DNA of 20,000 nt from an uncultured virus (IMG/VR IMGVR_UViG_3300028840_007457) (IMGVR_UViG_3300028840_007457), one strand, 5' to 3'; positions 1 to 9,250 are shown, counted from the stretch's first letter. A program made the numbers and translations. The notes: generated by a model from the sequence alone, not told the origin.

Positions 1-1
1 T

Positions 2-220
2 GCCGCCTCCGTCCAGCAAAACAGGCAAATGCCCCGCTCTGTTCCCATTACCACAGGTCATGGTACTCCTGTTGTTGATGAAACAGAAGAACGTACTGCT
101 AGCGGTAGGAAGTGGGATCCCAATTACTGGCGTCAGCGTATGAAGGGTCGTCTTTCTAATCGCACTGCTAGCGCCCTTACCGTTGGTTACGATGCGTTTA
201 AACGTAAAACGGGTAAGTAA
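2..220 (+). CDS. 3' end of a hypothetical protein running in from the left edge; carries two RTA|S motifs
   Basis: The frame is open from base 2 (AASVQQNRQMPRS...) to TAA at 218-220, so the ATG at 29 is probably internal. Contains EERTA|SGRK and SNRTA|SA, and a basic C-terminus (FKRKTGK). Confidence 0.7.
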   Translation, partial: AASVQQNRQMPRSVPITTGHGTPVVDETEERTASGRKWDPNYWRQRMKGRLSNRTASALTVGYDAFKRKTGK

Positions 221-265
221 CCAAACCAGCCTTCTTTAATCAGTAATTAGTAGACAGTTAAAAAT

Positions 266-315
266 CCGGTTGGGGTGAAGAAAACAAAAACGCTTCACCC
301 CAACCGGTTCGGTTT
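266..315 (+). terminator. Perfect 15-bp GC-rich stem-loop; possible intrinsic terminator or RNA processing/stabilising hairpin
   Basis: CCGGTTGGGGTGAAG (266-280) and its exact reverse complement CTTCACCCCAACCGG (293-307), with a 12-nt A-rich loop. Followed only by an interrupted T tract (TTCGGTTT). Intergenic, just upstream of the AAAGGA SD of the protease gene. Confidence 0.6.
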
Positions 316-330
316 AAAAGGAAAAGTTTC

Positions 331-1182
331 ATGCCTCACATTAACGGTCATGTAAGCCTACCCCGTGTTGATGGTCACTATGCCAGTTACGATAAAGATG
401 GCAACTATGAAGGAATGGTAGTTCGGGGAGATGCTTATGTGGCAGAACGGTACGATGCCCGTAATCAGATTTACGTACCTGAACCTCTCATTATCGAAGG
501 GCATAAACTGGAGCAATTTAAAGACCCCCGTGGAAAATTGCGTGTTGCTGGGGCAGATTTAAAAAATTGCAGCTGCGATACTCTGGATATTAGTTGGTTG
601 AAGAGTGCTAGTGAAGCTTATGATTGTAGTCCATCAATCTCAGATTATATTATAACAGAGTCTCCCGCACTTGTTATTGGGTACCCAAATAGAAATATGG
701 ATGGATTTACCATGGACGAAATGTTAAAGTGGAAAATACCTATGAGTAGAATGACCTACCAAACTTTTATTGGTAAACCAGCGCATCAGGATCATGATAA
801 TCAAGATCCAACTAAAGCTAAAGGCGCTATTTTTGATGCTGTTATGGTTCCTTTTATGGGCAGACCGCATGTTAAGTTACTCAAAGGATTTGATCGTAGC
901 AAAGATTCTAAATTAGCTAAGCGAATAGAAAAACGAGAAATAATTGGTCATAGTATGGGATGTCTTGTAGAGAAGACAGAATGTAGTCTCCCAGATTGTG
1001 GCTATATCAGTGATGGGCGCGTTACCTGCGAACATGTAGCTAATGGAGAAGGTAAAGGACAAGTTATTGGTGACTATATAGTTTGGGAGATTTTAAGAGA
1101 TCTCTATTTTATAGAGGATTCGGCAATTTCTAATAATGACCAAGCAAATGTTACAAGTTTAAGTAGCTATATCCACGGTTAA
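331..1182 (+). CDS. Putative prohead/capsid maturation serine protease (HK97/herpes assemblin fold) with zinc-binding insertion
   Basis: Motifs NRNMDGF, YQTFIGKPAHQDH (candidate catalytic H155), HSMGC (candidate nucleophile S208) and FIEDS (E262-x-S) occur in the order typical of phage prohead proteases. C218-x4-C223...C233-x-H235 lies between Ser and Glu. SD AAAGGA upstream. Confidence 0.8.
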   Translation: MPHINGHVSLPRVDGHYASYDKDGNYEGMVVRGDAYVAERYDARNQIYVPEPLIIEGHKLEQFKDPRGKLRVAGADLKNCSCDTLDISWLKSASEAYDCSPSISDYIITESPALVIGYPNRNMDGFTMDEMLKWKIPMSRMTYQTFIGKPAHQDHDNQDPTKAKGAIFDAVMVPFMGRPHVKLLKGFDRSKDSKLAKRIEKREIIGHSMGCLVEKTECSLPDCGYISDGRVTCEHVANGEGKGQVIGDYIVWEILRDLYFIEDSAISNNDQANVTSLSSYIHG

Positions 1183-1214
1183 TTTGTTTAAACGCCACAA
1201 AAAGGACAACAACA

Positions 1215-1475
1215 ATGCCTTACTTTAAAAACAACGTTGAAGTTTACAGTACCAAAGATCTGTTAGAAAATCTTGACGACGTAATGGAGAGTTTAGACTG
1301 GCATGTAGAAGCCCTTGCAGAGAATTTAAAATTAGGAAGAAAGAAGGCTATAGTTGATACTCTTGAAGGAATGAAATGGGAATTTTCAGAAGGTGTTAAA
1401 CACGTAGAAGACCTACTTAAAGCCATTGCCTCTGGTGGTGAGCTGGAAGTACCGTTACCTCGTAAAAAGTTCTAA
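1215..1475 (+). CDS. Hypothetical protein, acidic helical, basic C-terminal tail (PRKKF)
   Basis: SD AAAGGA at 1201-1206 before ATG; 86 aa; same strand and packing as neighbours. Confidence 0.8.
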   Translation: MPYFKNNVEVYSTKDLLENLDDVMESLDWHVEALAENLKLGRKKAIVDTLEGMKWEFSEGVKHVEDLLKAIASGGELEVPLPRKKF

Positions 1476-1479
1476 GCAA

Positions 1480-4400
1480 GTGTTTAACCGCTACGCTAAA
1501 AAAGACTGGGAACGCTTCAATTTAAAAAGAGAAGCTGAAGAGCTGAACCGTAAGTACTTTAATGGTGAACTCAGTTTAAGTTTCCATTTCAAGTACGGTC
1601 GGTTCTACCGCCAGTACGGTTTAGTAAAAGGAAGACGTAATCGTAACACTGGAGAAACCAAAGTTACGAGCCTGGAAATTAGCAACCGTTACGATTTAGA
1701 CAGAGAGACATTTCTTGGCATTTTAGGGCATGAATTAATACACGTTAAGTTCATGCAAAGTGGAGAAGATAGGTGGGAACGAGATCAACATGGTGCCCAC
1801 TTCCGTTCTGAAGTAAAAAGACTTCGCGGTCTTGGTTTAGATGTACCCCTTAGTGAAGACATTGGCAAACAAACCATGGATGCGGGTAAACCATTAAATA
1901 AAGCAGTAAATGTCATTATTAAAGATGGTACTTGGATTTTAGTTTGTCGCTCTTATGGTGCTCAAGAAGATTTAGACCGTTTTAACGGTCGCATGGAATA
2001 TACTTCATTTAGTAGAAAAACTCCTATTAAATTAGAATACTTTATTACTACCAATCCTATTGTACGCAGTGTACCAATTGCTAGAAATTTAAAAACCAGT
2101 AAGGGTCGCATGTACAAACTAGAGCCAGAGTGGTACTCTAGTTTACTTCCGGACAAAACCGGAGAACGGGTTTTTGAGCCCTCAGATTACAAAAGGTTGG
2201 GCAACATGAAAATTAGGAAAAGTGACTATGAGCCTACTTACACCGTAACTGTTACTTATACCCAATGGTCTGAAGACAAATACAGAGTTGAGCAAGAGGG
2301 GCAAAAAGACAAGCAGACTTTTTCCTCTTTTCCAGCTGCTGTTGACTTTGCCATAGCTTCCATGCCTCTAGTCACTGAGCCTAACGTCGGTTGGAGTAAG
2401 CCATATGAAACTCAAGTTGTTGACGATTCTTTAGTATTATTTGATAGCAGCTCTTCTAAAATGTTTATTACCACTGCACTTATTGAACGTAGTGATGGAG
2501 AATTTTTAAGTGAGGAAGAACTCTCCCACTTTGACTCTGCTGTCTACGACGCTGCTAGAGAAAGCGGAGTTAAGACTGATATTGTTCCTATTAAACCAAG
2601 AGACGAAATGACTAAGGAATTGGTAAAACGTTTCCAAGAAATAGAATATCCAACTGTTAAGTTTCAGCAAGTTGATTCAAACAAAATTGCTGTCAACGTA
2701 GGAACGGCTGTAGAAGGGTATCTTCTTAATGATGGTACAGGTTGGTTTTGGGATCCCAAAGATAGTAGCCTACGCAATGATAAACTAGAAAACGAAAGAT
2801 ATTCTGAACTAGATTTATTTAAAAATTGGGTAACCATCTTCCTCGAAGACACAATGAGTGTGGGGTCTAAAAACCCACTCTTGACAAAGGGTAAATCAAT
2901 GAGATACCGTAAACGCCAAGCTAACCTGGAAGAAATTAGAACCACAGCTGATCAAATTGCAGCTGATCTCAACGATTTTGATTTTAGAGGTGTTAGTCAC
3001 CTCAGTGGTCCTCAACCTGTAAGGGCTTATTTTGACGGTCCTCAGTACGGTACTTACCGTGTAGATTTTGCCTGGGATGACGGACGAGATCCCATCCCCC
3101 TTTTGAAACGCATTTTCAGCCAATTTCCTGGTAAAGTGACCACTCGTGGCGACTACGCTGTTTTTCTTCAAGGGCCTACTGTCAGTGTTTGGGCTGAAGA
3201 CGCTCTTAGTCATGAAAAGAACGCACCGTGGAGTACGTCGCGTCTTCCAGACCATGGTTCCTGGCACATTAGTGTAATGGATAACGACCGTGCTAGAAGG
3301 CTTTTTCCGGGAGTTTTTGCTGCAACGGCTAAAACTAGAAAACGTACAGCTAGGGGTGATCTAGAACAATTTAAGTCCATGTTAAAAGGGGTTTCAGTGG
3401 TAGACGGAGAAGGTTATCTTGATCCCGATTCTGAAACTGTCAACGTAGCCATTGTTCACGATGGTAGCGGATTTAATCCCGCTGCAGCTGTAGTAGTGGA
3501 CAGTTATGAAAGTGCTGAAAGTTGTATTCAGCAAGCTTTTGAAACTTTAGAAATGTGGAATTTTGAGCATTATAGAGAACACTATGATGAATTGGTAGAA
3601 GAGCATGGAGAAGAAGCAGGTAGCGAAATGTTTACCGAAACTTATAATGGCAATGCTTGGGATAATCTTCCCACTTTTGAGGTAGCTGAAGCTATAGCAT
3701 CAGACACCTTTGCCAGTAAACGCATTGATATTGATCCCGAGTTTGGCCTAAAATCTAAACCTCTCTACAAATTGCCTCCCACCACAGGTAAGACTAGAAT
3801 TAAACAGGCTGATTACTACTATGACTTAGCCGAGAAGATTTTAAACCACTACAATACAGAGTACAAACGTGGCTGGGCTTATTTTTTAGAAGCCATGGAC
3901 GACGTTGTTTACGGAGAAGCATTTAACAACCGTCTTCCTCGTGGTTTTGATATGATCATTGGTGTTGATTTAAAACGTAATCCAGGACCAGAGTTGGAAC
4001 AATTTATTTGGAACGTTAAACCGCGTATTATTGGTCGTGGAGACAAACACGAAACTACCGCTATTTTAACTGGGGAACTGAGAAAATTAGTGAAACAGTT
4101 TGAAGAAGGTAGGTTTGCTTCGGTGAGAAAAAGAAAAGCAGCTCCTTACCTTCGTCATGTTTTAAATGATCAGGATGTAGCTAGAGTTAAAGAAGACATA
4201 CACCTCTATAAATCTTATGGAAGAGATATTGCTGGTATTGAAGTTGGAAAACAATTTTACTATGATGGTGATATTTGGCAGTATTATGATGCCGATGCTG
4301 AAAGTGGTGCTCCTGAAGGTATTTTACTTGTTCTTTTTAATCCAGAAACCAATGAGATAGTGCAAGGTGTGCGTTTAGACGAGGTGGAACCTGTTGAGCA

Positions 4401-4518
4401 CAGTTACAGCGCTTCAAATCGTAAAGCTCGTTTAAATCGCTACGAAACTAAAACAATTCCCCCTGCAAAACTGAAAATTCCCGGCGTAGGCGTTTTTGCT
4501 CGTCGCCGTAGAAGCTAA
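1480..4518 (+). CDS. Multi-module polyprotein-like protein; N-terminal SprT-like HExxH zinc metalloprotease domain followed by about 6 unknown modules separated by basic [K/R]xA linkers
   Basis: LNRKYFNGEL...ILGHELIH (HELIH at 1729-1743)...HGAHF is the SprT-like pattern. Linkers at 2206, 2899, 3331, 3790, 4111 and 4408. Start placed at the in-frame GTG 1480 just after the upstream TAA, rather than the overlapping TTG 1426; start uncertain. Confidence 0.8.
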   Translation: MFNRYAKKDWERFNLKREAEELNRKYFNGELSLSFHFKYGRFYRQYGLVKGRRNRNTGETKVTSLEISNRYDLDRETFLGILGHELIHVKFMQSGEDRWERDQHGAHFRSEVKRLRGLGLDVPLSEDIGKQTMDAGKPLNKAVNVIIKDGTWILVCRSYGAQEDLDRFNGRMEYTSFSRKTPIKLEYFITTNPIVRSVPIARNLKTSKGRMYKLEPEWYSSLLPDKTGERVFEPSDYKRLGNMKIRKSDYEPTYTVTVTYTQWSEDKYRVEQEGQKDKQTFSSFPAAVDFAIASMPLVTEPNVGWSKPYETQVVDDSLVLFDSSSSKMFITTALIERSDGEFLSEEELSHFDSAVYDAARESGVKTDIVPIKPRDEMTKELVKRFQEIEYPTVKFQQVDSNKIAVNVGTAVEGYLLNDGTGWFWDPKDSSLRNDKLENERYSELDLFKNWVTIFLEDTMSVGSKNPLLTKGKSMRYRKRQANLEEIRTTADQIAADLNDFDFRGVSHLSGPQPVRAYFDGPQYGTYRVDFAWDDGRDPIPLLKRIFSQFPGKVTTRGDYAVFLQGPTVSVWAEDALSHEKNAPWSTSRLPDHGSWHISVMDNDRARRLFPGVFAATAKTRKRTARGDLEQFKSMLKGVSVVDGEGYLDPDSETVNVAIVHDGSGFNPAAAVVVDSYESAESCIQQAFETLEMWNFEHYREHYDELVEEHGEEAGSEMFTETYNGNAWDNLPTFEVAEAIASDTFASKRIDIDPEFGLKSKPLYKLPPTTGKTRIKQADYYYDLAEKILNHYNTEYKRGWAYFLEAMDDVVYGEAFNNRLPRGFDMIIGVDLKRNPGPELEQFIWNVKPRIIGRGDKHETTAILTGELRKLVKQFEEGRFASVRKRKAAPYLRHVLNDQDVARVKEDIHLYKSYGRDIAGIEVGKQFYYDGDIWQYYDADAESGAPEGILLVLFNPETNEIVQGVRLDEVEPVEHSYSASNRKARLNRYETKTIPPAKLKIPGVGVFARRRRS

Positions 4519-4548
4519 GAAACAAAAGTCAGAAAGGACTTCAATATC

Positions 4549-6153
4549 ATGGCACGAAAAACCAAAACCACTTTGAGAAAAGCAGCTGATAGCACCCAAC
4601 CTGGTAGCGTAAGTAGCAAATTGGAACGCCGCATGGGGCCAGATTTGACTTCACTATTCAACGCTGCTGGTACTAAGTTGTACAGCAATAGTGTGCTCAC
4701 CATTAAAGACGGTCTAAAAGAGATTTTCCAAACCGCTATTGACGATCTCACTGAAGAAATTGGTGACGAGTTAGGAAGAAGAGGTAAGGAAGAGGCAGCC
4801 AAACACTTTGGTGAGTTCATTAAAGAGGTTGTTCAGTCTGTCATGAAAGAGGGTATGGGAGAAATAAGTGATTCTTTAGAAGATTTAGCTAGCAGTGCTG
4901 CTGCTGAATTTATTCAAAGCACAGAAGAAGATTCTTCTGAAAGTGATGACGAACTCTTTGGTGTAGAAGAAGTGGAAGAGGTAGAAGAGGAGCCGGTAGC
5001 TGAACCAGAGGAGGAAGCACCTGCTGAAGGTGAGGAAGCTGCTCCTGCTGAAGGTGAGGGGGAAGTTGGTTTTGAAGACCTTATGGGAGAAGGGGAAGCA
5101 GGATTTAAAAAGGGTCCTCGTCGCTGGAAAAGCAAAAAACCAGTAAGGCTTAAGAAGGGTGAAGTGGCTAAAGAAGCCGAATTGGAAATTAAAGATCTGG
5201 TTAAAGTCACAGGTGGTGTGAGCAAGCTGAGGAGAAAAGGTATTAAAACAGCTCAGGCTGCTTTCCGTTACATGCAAAAAGCTCAAGTAGTTTTGGCTAA
5301 GAAACTGACCAAAGACTACGCTGTGGTTCAAGAAGTTTCTGCTGCTGATTTGGAAAAGTGGGCTAAACGATATTTTCCAGTTGCCAAAAAAGAAAGGAAA
5401 GGTACCCGTCGCCCTTTTGACCGAAAACGAAAAGCTGGTGATTTAGGTTCTGATTATTTTATTCCTGTCACTTCTACTCAATTAGATCCCGAAGTTATTT
5501 TGTGGTTCCATAGTGGACAGAGCGATCCAGTTTATGCTCTTGGTTCTAGATTAGTATCGCACCGGCCACAAGATCTTGGACGAACTAAAGCTTCTATTGA
5601 CGAATTGAATGCTTTAGAATCGACTTTGGAAAGATGGTTAGTAAGGTACACACAAGGGTTAGAAGACGATACATCCGATGAAGAATTAAATCGTATCGAA
5701 AAACTGCTCCGCAATACTAAAGCCATTATAGCGCAGCATGGTCGATATAAACCGAAACCTAGTTCCTTGCGTGGTAAAGAACAAGATGCTGCTTTTAAAG
5801 AATTCTTTGATGCTTACGTAGAAGGTTTGTTATTTGTTAGTACTGCTTATGGCGATGATGAAGGTGTTCCAATGGATTCTGTTTTCGGTTCCAATGATAT
5901 TGATAATGATTGTTATAGCCAGATGGAAGAAAACTGCGCCGAATTTTGGATTCATTTTGGTGATGCAATTATGGAAGCCGGAAGTCCTGCTGATGCAGGT
6001 CACGATTTTGCTATGACCGCCCAAGGTACGGGAGCTGGCTTCATGGATGGTGATTGGCCAGATCCATTAGACCGACAAATGTACGAAGCTAGTGAGGCTT
6101 TTGAAATGGATCTTTATGGACACTCTTCTGGTGAAGGGGGTGTAGCTTGTTAA
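4549..6153 (+). CDS. Multi-module protein: basic leader, helical domain with long acidic low-complexity tract, Lys-rich module, and C-terminal module with GHDF..T..G.GAGF.DGDW motif
   Basis: SD AAAGGA; leader MARKTKTTLRKA|A; E/D-rich tract ~4920-5100; linker KKERKGTRRPFDRKRKA|G (5386-5436). The C-terminal motif resembles, from memory, a widespread phage hypothetical family (GHDFWLTRNGHGAGFWD). Confidence 0.8.
   Translation: MARKTKTTLRKAADSTQPGSVSSKLERRMGPDLTSLFNAAGTKLYSNSVLTIKDGLKEIFQTAIDDLTEEIGDELGRRGKEEAAKHFGEFIKEVVQSVMKEGMGEISDSLEDLASSAAAEFIQSTEEDSSESDDELFGVEEVEEVEEEPVAEPEEEAPAEGEEAAPAEGEGEVGFEDLMGEGEAGFKKGPRRWKSKKPVRLKKGEVAKEAELEIKDLVKVTGGVSKLRRKGIKTAQAAFRYMQKAQVVLAKKLTKDYAVVQEVSAADLEKWAKRYFPVAKKERKGTRRPFDRKRKAGDLGSDYFIPVTSTQLDPEVILWFHSGQSDPVYALGSRLVSHRPQDLGRTKASIDELNALESTLERWLVRYTQGLEDDTSDEELNRIEKLLRNTKAIIAQHGRYKPKPSSLRGKEQDAAFKEFFDAYVEGLLFVSTAYGDDEGVPMDSVFGSNDIDNDCYSQMEENCAEFWIHFGDAIMEAGSPADAGHDFAMTAQGTGAGFMDGDWPDPLDRQMYEASEAFEMDLYGHSSGEGGVAC
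5020..5059 (+). repeat. Short in-frame direct repeat in the acidic tract (16-nt exact unit, 24-nt period)
   Basis: CCTGCTGAAGGTGAGG at 5020-5035 and 5044-5059, encoding PAEGE twice. Confidence 0.85.
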
Positions 6154-6194
6154 AGCGAAACAACGTAATATTAGCTGAGAGAAAAGGAACTGTC

Positions 6195-6413
6195 ATGCTA
6201 AGACGACATAGACGTAGAAGACGATTAGCTGCTGTTTCTCCCTTTGAAGCTAGTGCACAACTTCGTTACCTGTTTGATGAATTTTTAGATGAAGCTGGTG
6301 ACTGGTCTGAACCTCAAGCCACACAGCTAACTGAAGCCAGTGAAGCCTTTGGTGAGGTTTGGATGGACGCTGATGAAGACGGTAACGGTTCTGTTTGGTG
6401 TTCTCAGGGATAA
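6195..6413 (+). CDS. Small acidic protein with poly-Arg leader; partial paralog of the C-terminus of the upstream gene
   Basis: SD AAAGGA at 6183-6188 then ATG 6195 (preferred over TTG 6147). Leader MLRRHRRRRRLA|A. GDWSEPQATQLTEASEAF matches upstream GDWPDPLDRQMYEASEAF. Confidence 0.8.
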   Translation: MLRRHRRRRRLAAVSPFEASAQLRYLFDEFLDEAGDWSEPQATQLTEASEAFGEVWMDADEDGNGSVWCSQG

Positions 6414-6427
6414 AAGGAGGTAAAATC

Positions 6428-6751
6428 ATGTTAAGGCGAAGATTACACAAAAATACCTGTTTTAGAGGAGCAGCATCGGATGTTATTTTGAAAGCTTCTC
6501 CTACTCTTTTAGAAGTGTTCACTGAATTTACAGATCATCATGTGGATCTTAGTCATACCCAACTAGATGATTTTTTTTACAGACTTGATATGGAAGAATT
6601 GTTTCAAATTGTAGAAGAACTGACTCTTTCTGGTATTCCTGTCATTTGGCCAGAAAAACGGTCTGCCAAATCTCCTCTACGCAATATTTTAGTTTCAATG
6701 CTTACCACTAATCTATATAATACAACCTATTGGAATCGTTATTACAAATAA
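6428..6751 (+). CDS. Hypothetical protein with MLRRR leader
   Basis: Strong SD AAAGGAGG at 6413-6420, ATG 6428 (preferred over 6395). Leader MLRRRLHKNTCFRGA|A. Confidence 0.75.
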   Translation: MLRRRLHKNTCFRGAASDVILKASPTLLEVFTEFTDHHVDLSHTQLDDFFYRLDMEELFQIVEELTLSGIPVIWPEKRSAKSPLRNILVSMLTTNLYNTTYWNRYYK

Positions 6752-6767
6752 CAAAGGAGACAGTGCC

Positions 6768-7121
6768 ATGTTAAGACGAAGACGACGCAGAATGGCTGCT
6801 GAATATACATATGTTTACACTTATTTAGAAGTATTTACCTCGAAAGATAAATCTAAACCTTACGTATTTGAAATAGTAGCGATAAACTCAAGACAACTAC
6901 AAGAAGCAATTGACGATGCTATTGGCATAGCGGCAATTTTTAGTCATACAGATTTAGGCGATGAAGAAAACTTTAAGGTTAAGTGGTCTGGAGAACAACC
7001 AATAACGGATTTAAAACAACTACTACGTGATGTTGGAAGCAGAGAAGGGTTAATCCTTTCACAAAAAGAAATAGAAGACGAACTTGATAGTAAAGGTTGG
7101 GCGTACTTAGATATGCCATAA
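6768..7121 (+). CDS. Small acidic protein with poly-Arg leader; paralog of the module at 16603-16875
   Basis: SD AAAGGAG; leader MLRRRRRRMA|A; acidic body. Confidence 0.85.
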   Translation: MLRRRRRRMAAEYTYVYTYLEVFTSKDKSKPYVFEIVAINSRQLQEAIDDAIGIAAIFSHTDLGDEENFKVKWSGEQPITDLKQLLRDVGSREGLILSQKEIEDELDSKGWAYLDMP

Positions 7122-7148
7122 GAACCGACTTTTTAGGAGAATTTAGCA

Positions 7149-7418
7149 ATGCTAAAACGAAGACGCCGTAGAGTAGCAGCTACAAAAGCTCGTTTATCTG
7201 AAGGAACAACCTTTTGGGTTAAAGAAGATGAATTGGAAGACCCTTACAGTGTTGCAAGAGAGCTTCAAAGTGTGATCTGGTTTGATGAAAATTATTTTGG
7301 TGAAAATCAAGGCTACGGCTTAGAGGCAGAACCAACAGGTAGGAAAAACGATCTTCTTTATCACGGTAATTTAGTAACCATAACCGAGTATCGTTTGGTG
7401 GGTGTTTACGGAGACTAA
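7149..7418 (+). CDS. Small acidic protein with poly-Arg leader
   Basis: SD AGGAG; leader MLKRRRRRVA|A; acidic and aromatic body. Confidence 0.85.
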   Translation: MLKRRRRRVAATKARLSEGTTFWVKEDELEDPYSVARELQSVIWFDENYFGENQGYGLEAEPTGRKNDLLYHGNLVTITEYRLVGVYGD

Positions 7419-7420
7419 AA

Positions 7421-9250
7421 ATGCCGTGGGGTGATTTCAACTTTATTTCTCGTCCACATGTTAAAGTAGAACCACCTACTACCTACGAAACCAAAGCCTT
7501 GTTAGACAGCATTGACGATTTACTCGCCATTCAGTGTAGCCCCGGTACTTGGAACGTCAACCCCTACATGCATGGGCTGGCGAACGGGATGCATCTCATA
7601 CGCTCTATAATTAGTGGAGAAGAACCTGATTTTCTCTCTGCTCCAGACCGTTGGTTAGATGAACAGTATAATCGTCTTTCTGGTGGTGAACGCGGTGTTT
7701 TTGGTAGCGCTTTTGTAAGTTGCGTTGAAGAAGCCAGAAATAAACTAACTAAGAAATTAAAAGAAGACTACCCTCACGAAGACTATTACCTTATCAGTGA
7801 AGAGTTACCTCTAGACGAGTTAATTCCTACCGTCATGCTGAGGTACGGACCACAAGACAAAAAAGGTTTTTCCATGGACGACGATGTTATTTCCGTTTAC
7901 TGGGATGACGAAGCCTCCAGTTGGGTGGCACAATTAGAGGGTGACGTACCTCACCCTTTCCCAGCTGATCCCTACGACAACGAAGAACTAGTTAAAGAAA
8001 GCGCTTTAGCAGCCATGAAGGTAAGAAGACCTAACAGAGTAACAGACATCACCAGAGCACTCATTACTGGTAGACCACCTAAAATGCCAGTTACCAGTCA
8101 ACGAAAAGGAAACAAAATCATGGGACGCAAACGTAGAACTACAGTTGGTAAATTACACAAGGAACGTCGTGCAGACAGAGTAGCTCCTCTTGAATTTGAA
8201 GTAGGCGCTGTTTGCCTCTTTGATTTTCTGCGAATGGAACCAACTCAATTTGGGGTAACTAAAAACTTTCCTATAGATATGCTCCACGTAGCTGGTAAAT
8301 GGATCGCCAATACTGATTATGGTAACGACCCAACAGGAGATATTCAAAAAACTATTCCAAGACTAAACGACCTTGAAGCCGCAGAGTTATATACTATGTG
8401 TAGTAGTCGTAGTGAGTATGTTGTCAGGGAAAGTAAAGTTAGAACAGCAGCACTTAAACCAGCTGATAAAAGAGTGGTAAACGATTTTGTTGAAGGTGTT
8501 CCTAACGACGGTGGTAGAGTCGGAACCTTATGGACAGACGGCGAAAAACTAGAAAGTATGGGTTTGGGTGGTACAGTAATTGCTGTTAAAAAAGGTGACA
8601 ATATTTATGCCATAGACGGTTATAGTAGTCGTAGAGAAGAAAGCATAGTTAGGTATCTGAAAAAAATAACCCCACGTAGAAGATTTTACCAGGAGTTACC
8701 ATACGGTTACCCAGTGGTTAAAGACACAATTAGAACTTCTAGTTTAAGACGACGTAGAAAAGCCGCTTTTGACCCTTCACAAATAGAAGTAACAGAAGAC
8801 GAATATGGTACGCTTTACATCCTTCCCGGTGTTAATTTAACAGGTAACATAGAAAAAGATGTTGCTACAATGATGCAGGATGAAGAATTAGAATCTTGGT
8901 TGTATGGTGAACTAGGATCAGATGAATCCATTACCGATGTAAAAGGCGACGTAGTATACGGGGGAAGTGATGTTCAAGATTTCATAAGGTCTTACTTTCC
9001 TCACAGACCATCTATTGCTCGTAGTAGTAAACGACGTAGAAAATCTGATTTAACTTACAAACCTTCACGAAGCTACCTAGATGCTAGAGAGGATGCTAGT
9101 TTACATATTATGACCATTATGAAAAACTTGGTTAAAGAAGGTGTTAATTCTGGGGACATTGAAAATCCCGGACCCAATTTTATTTTTGAATTAACAGATA
9201 AAATTTGGGAATTAGTAAATAGTGTAGATGTGTACAAACGCGGACTGTAA
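7421..9250 (+). CDS. Multi-module polyprotein-like protein (about 6 unknown modules with basic linkers)
   Basis: 609-aa ORF; linkers at 8120 (internal SD+ATG, MGRKRR...KERRA|D), 8426 (RESKVRTA|A), 8732 (RTS|SLRRRRKA|A), 9020 (RSSKRRRKS|D). Includes the two-Cys module at 8192-8401. Confidence 0.8.
   Translation: MPWGDFNFISRPHVKVEPPTTYETKALLDSIDDLLAIQCSPGTWNVNPYMHGLANGMHLIRSIISGEEPDFLSAPDRWLDEQYNRLSGGERGVFGSAFVSCVEEARNKLTKKLKEDYPHEDYYLISEELPLDELIPTVMLRYGPQDKKGFSMDDDVISVYWDDEASSWVAQLEGDVPHPFPADPYDNEELVKESALAAMKVRRPNRVTDITRALITGRPPKMPVTSQRKGNKIMGRKRRTTVGKLHKERRADRVAPLEFEVGAVCLFDFLRMEPTQFGVTKNFPIDMLHVAGKWIANTDYGNDPTGDIQKTIPRLNDLEAAELYTMCSSRSEYVVRESKVRTAALKPADKRVVNDFVEGVPNDGGRVGTLWTDGEKLESMGLGGTVIAVKKGDNIYAIDGYSSRREESIVRYLKKITPRRRFYQELPYGYPVVKDTIRTSSLRRRRKAAFDPSQIEVTEDEYGTLYILPGVNLTGNIEKDVATMMQDEELESWLYGELGSDESITDVKGDVVYGGSDVQDFIRSYFPHRPSIARSSKRRRKSDLTYKPSRSYLDAREDASLHIMTIMKNLVKEGVNSGDIENPGPNFIFELTDKIWELVNSVDVYKRGL

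Noticed and set aside
2881..2910. TTGACA as a sigma70 -35 box before the internal start at 2899 (also TTGACA at 17724)
   Set aside because: No acceptable -10 hexamer at 16-18 nt spacing, and the implied start would fall downstream of the ATG at 2899.
4549..5100. Capsid scaffolding protein call for the acidic helical N-terminal part of ORF 4549
   Set aside because: Composition is compatible, but there is no recognisable motif and no adjacent major capsid gene in the window; unsupported.
6750..7180. Recurring AGACGAAGACG-type DNA as a CRISPR or nucleotide-level repeat array
   Set aside because: Copies differ at synonymous positions, are irregularly spaced and always encode Arg in frame, so conservation is at the protein level.
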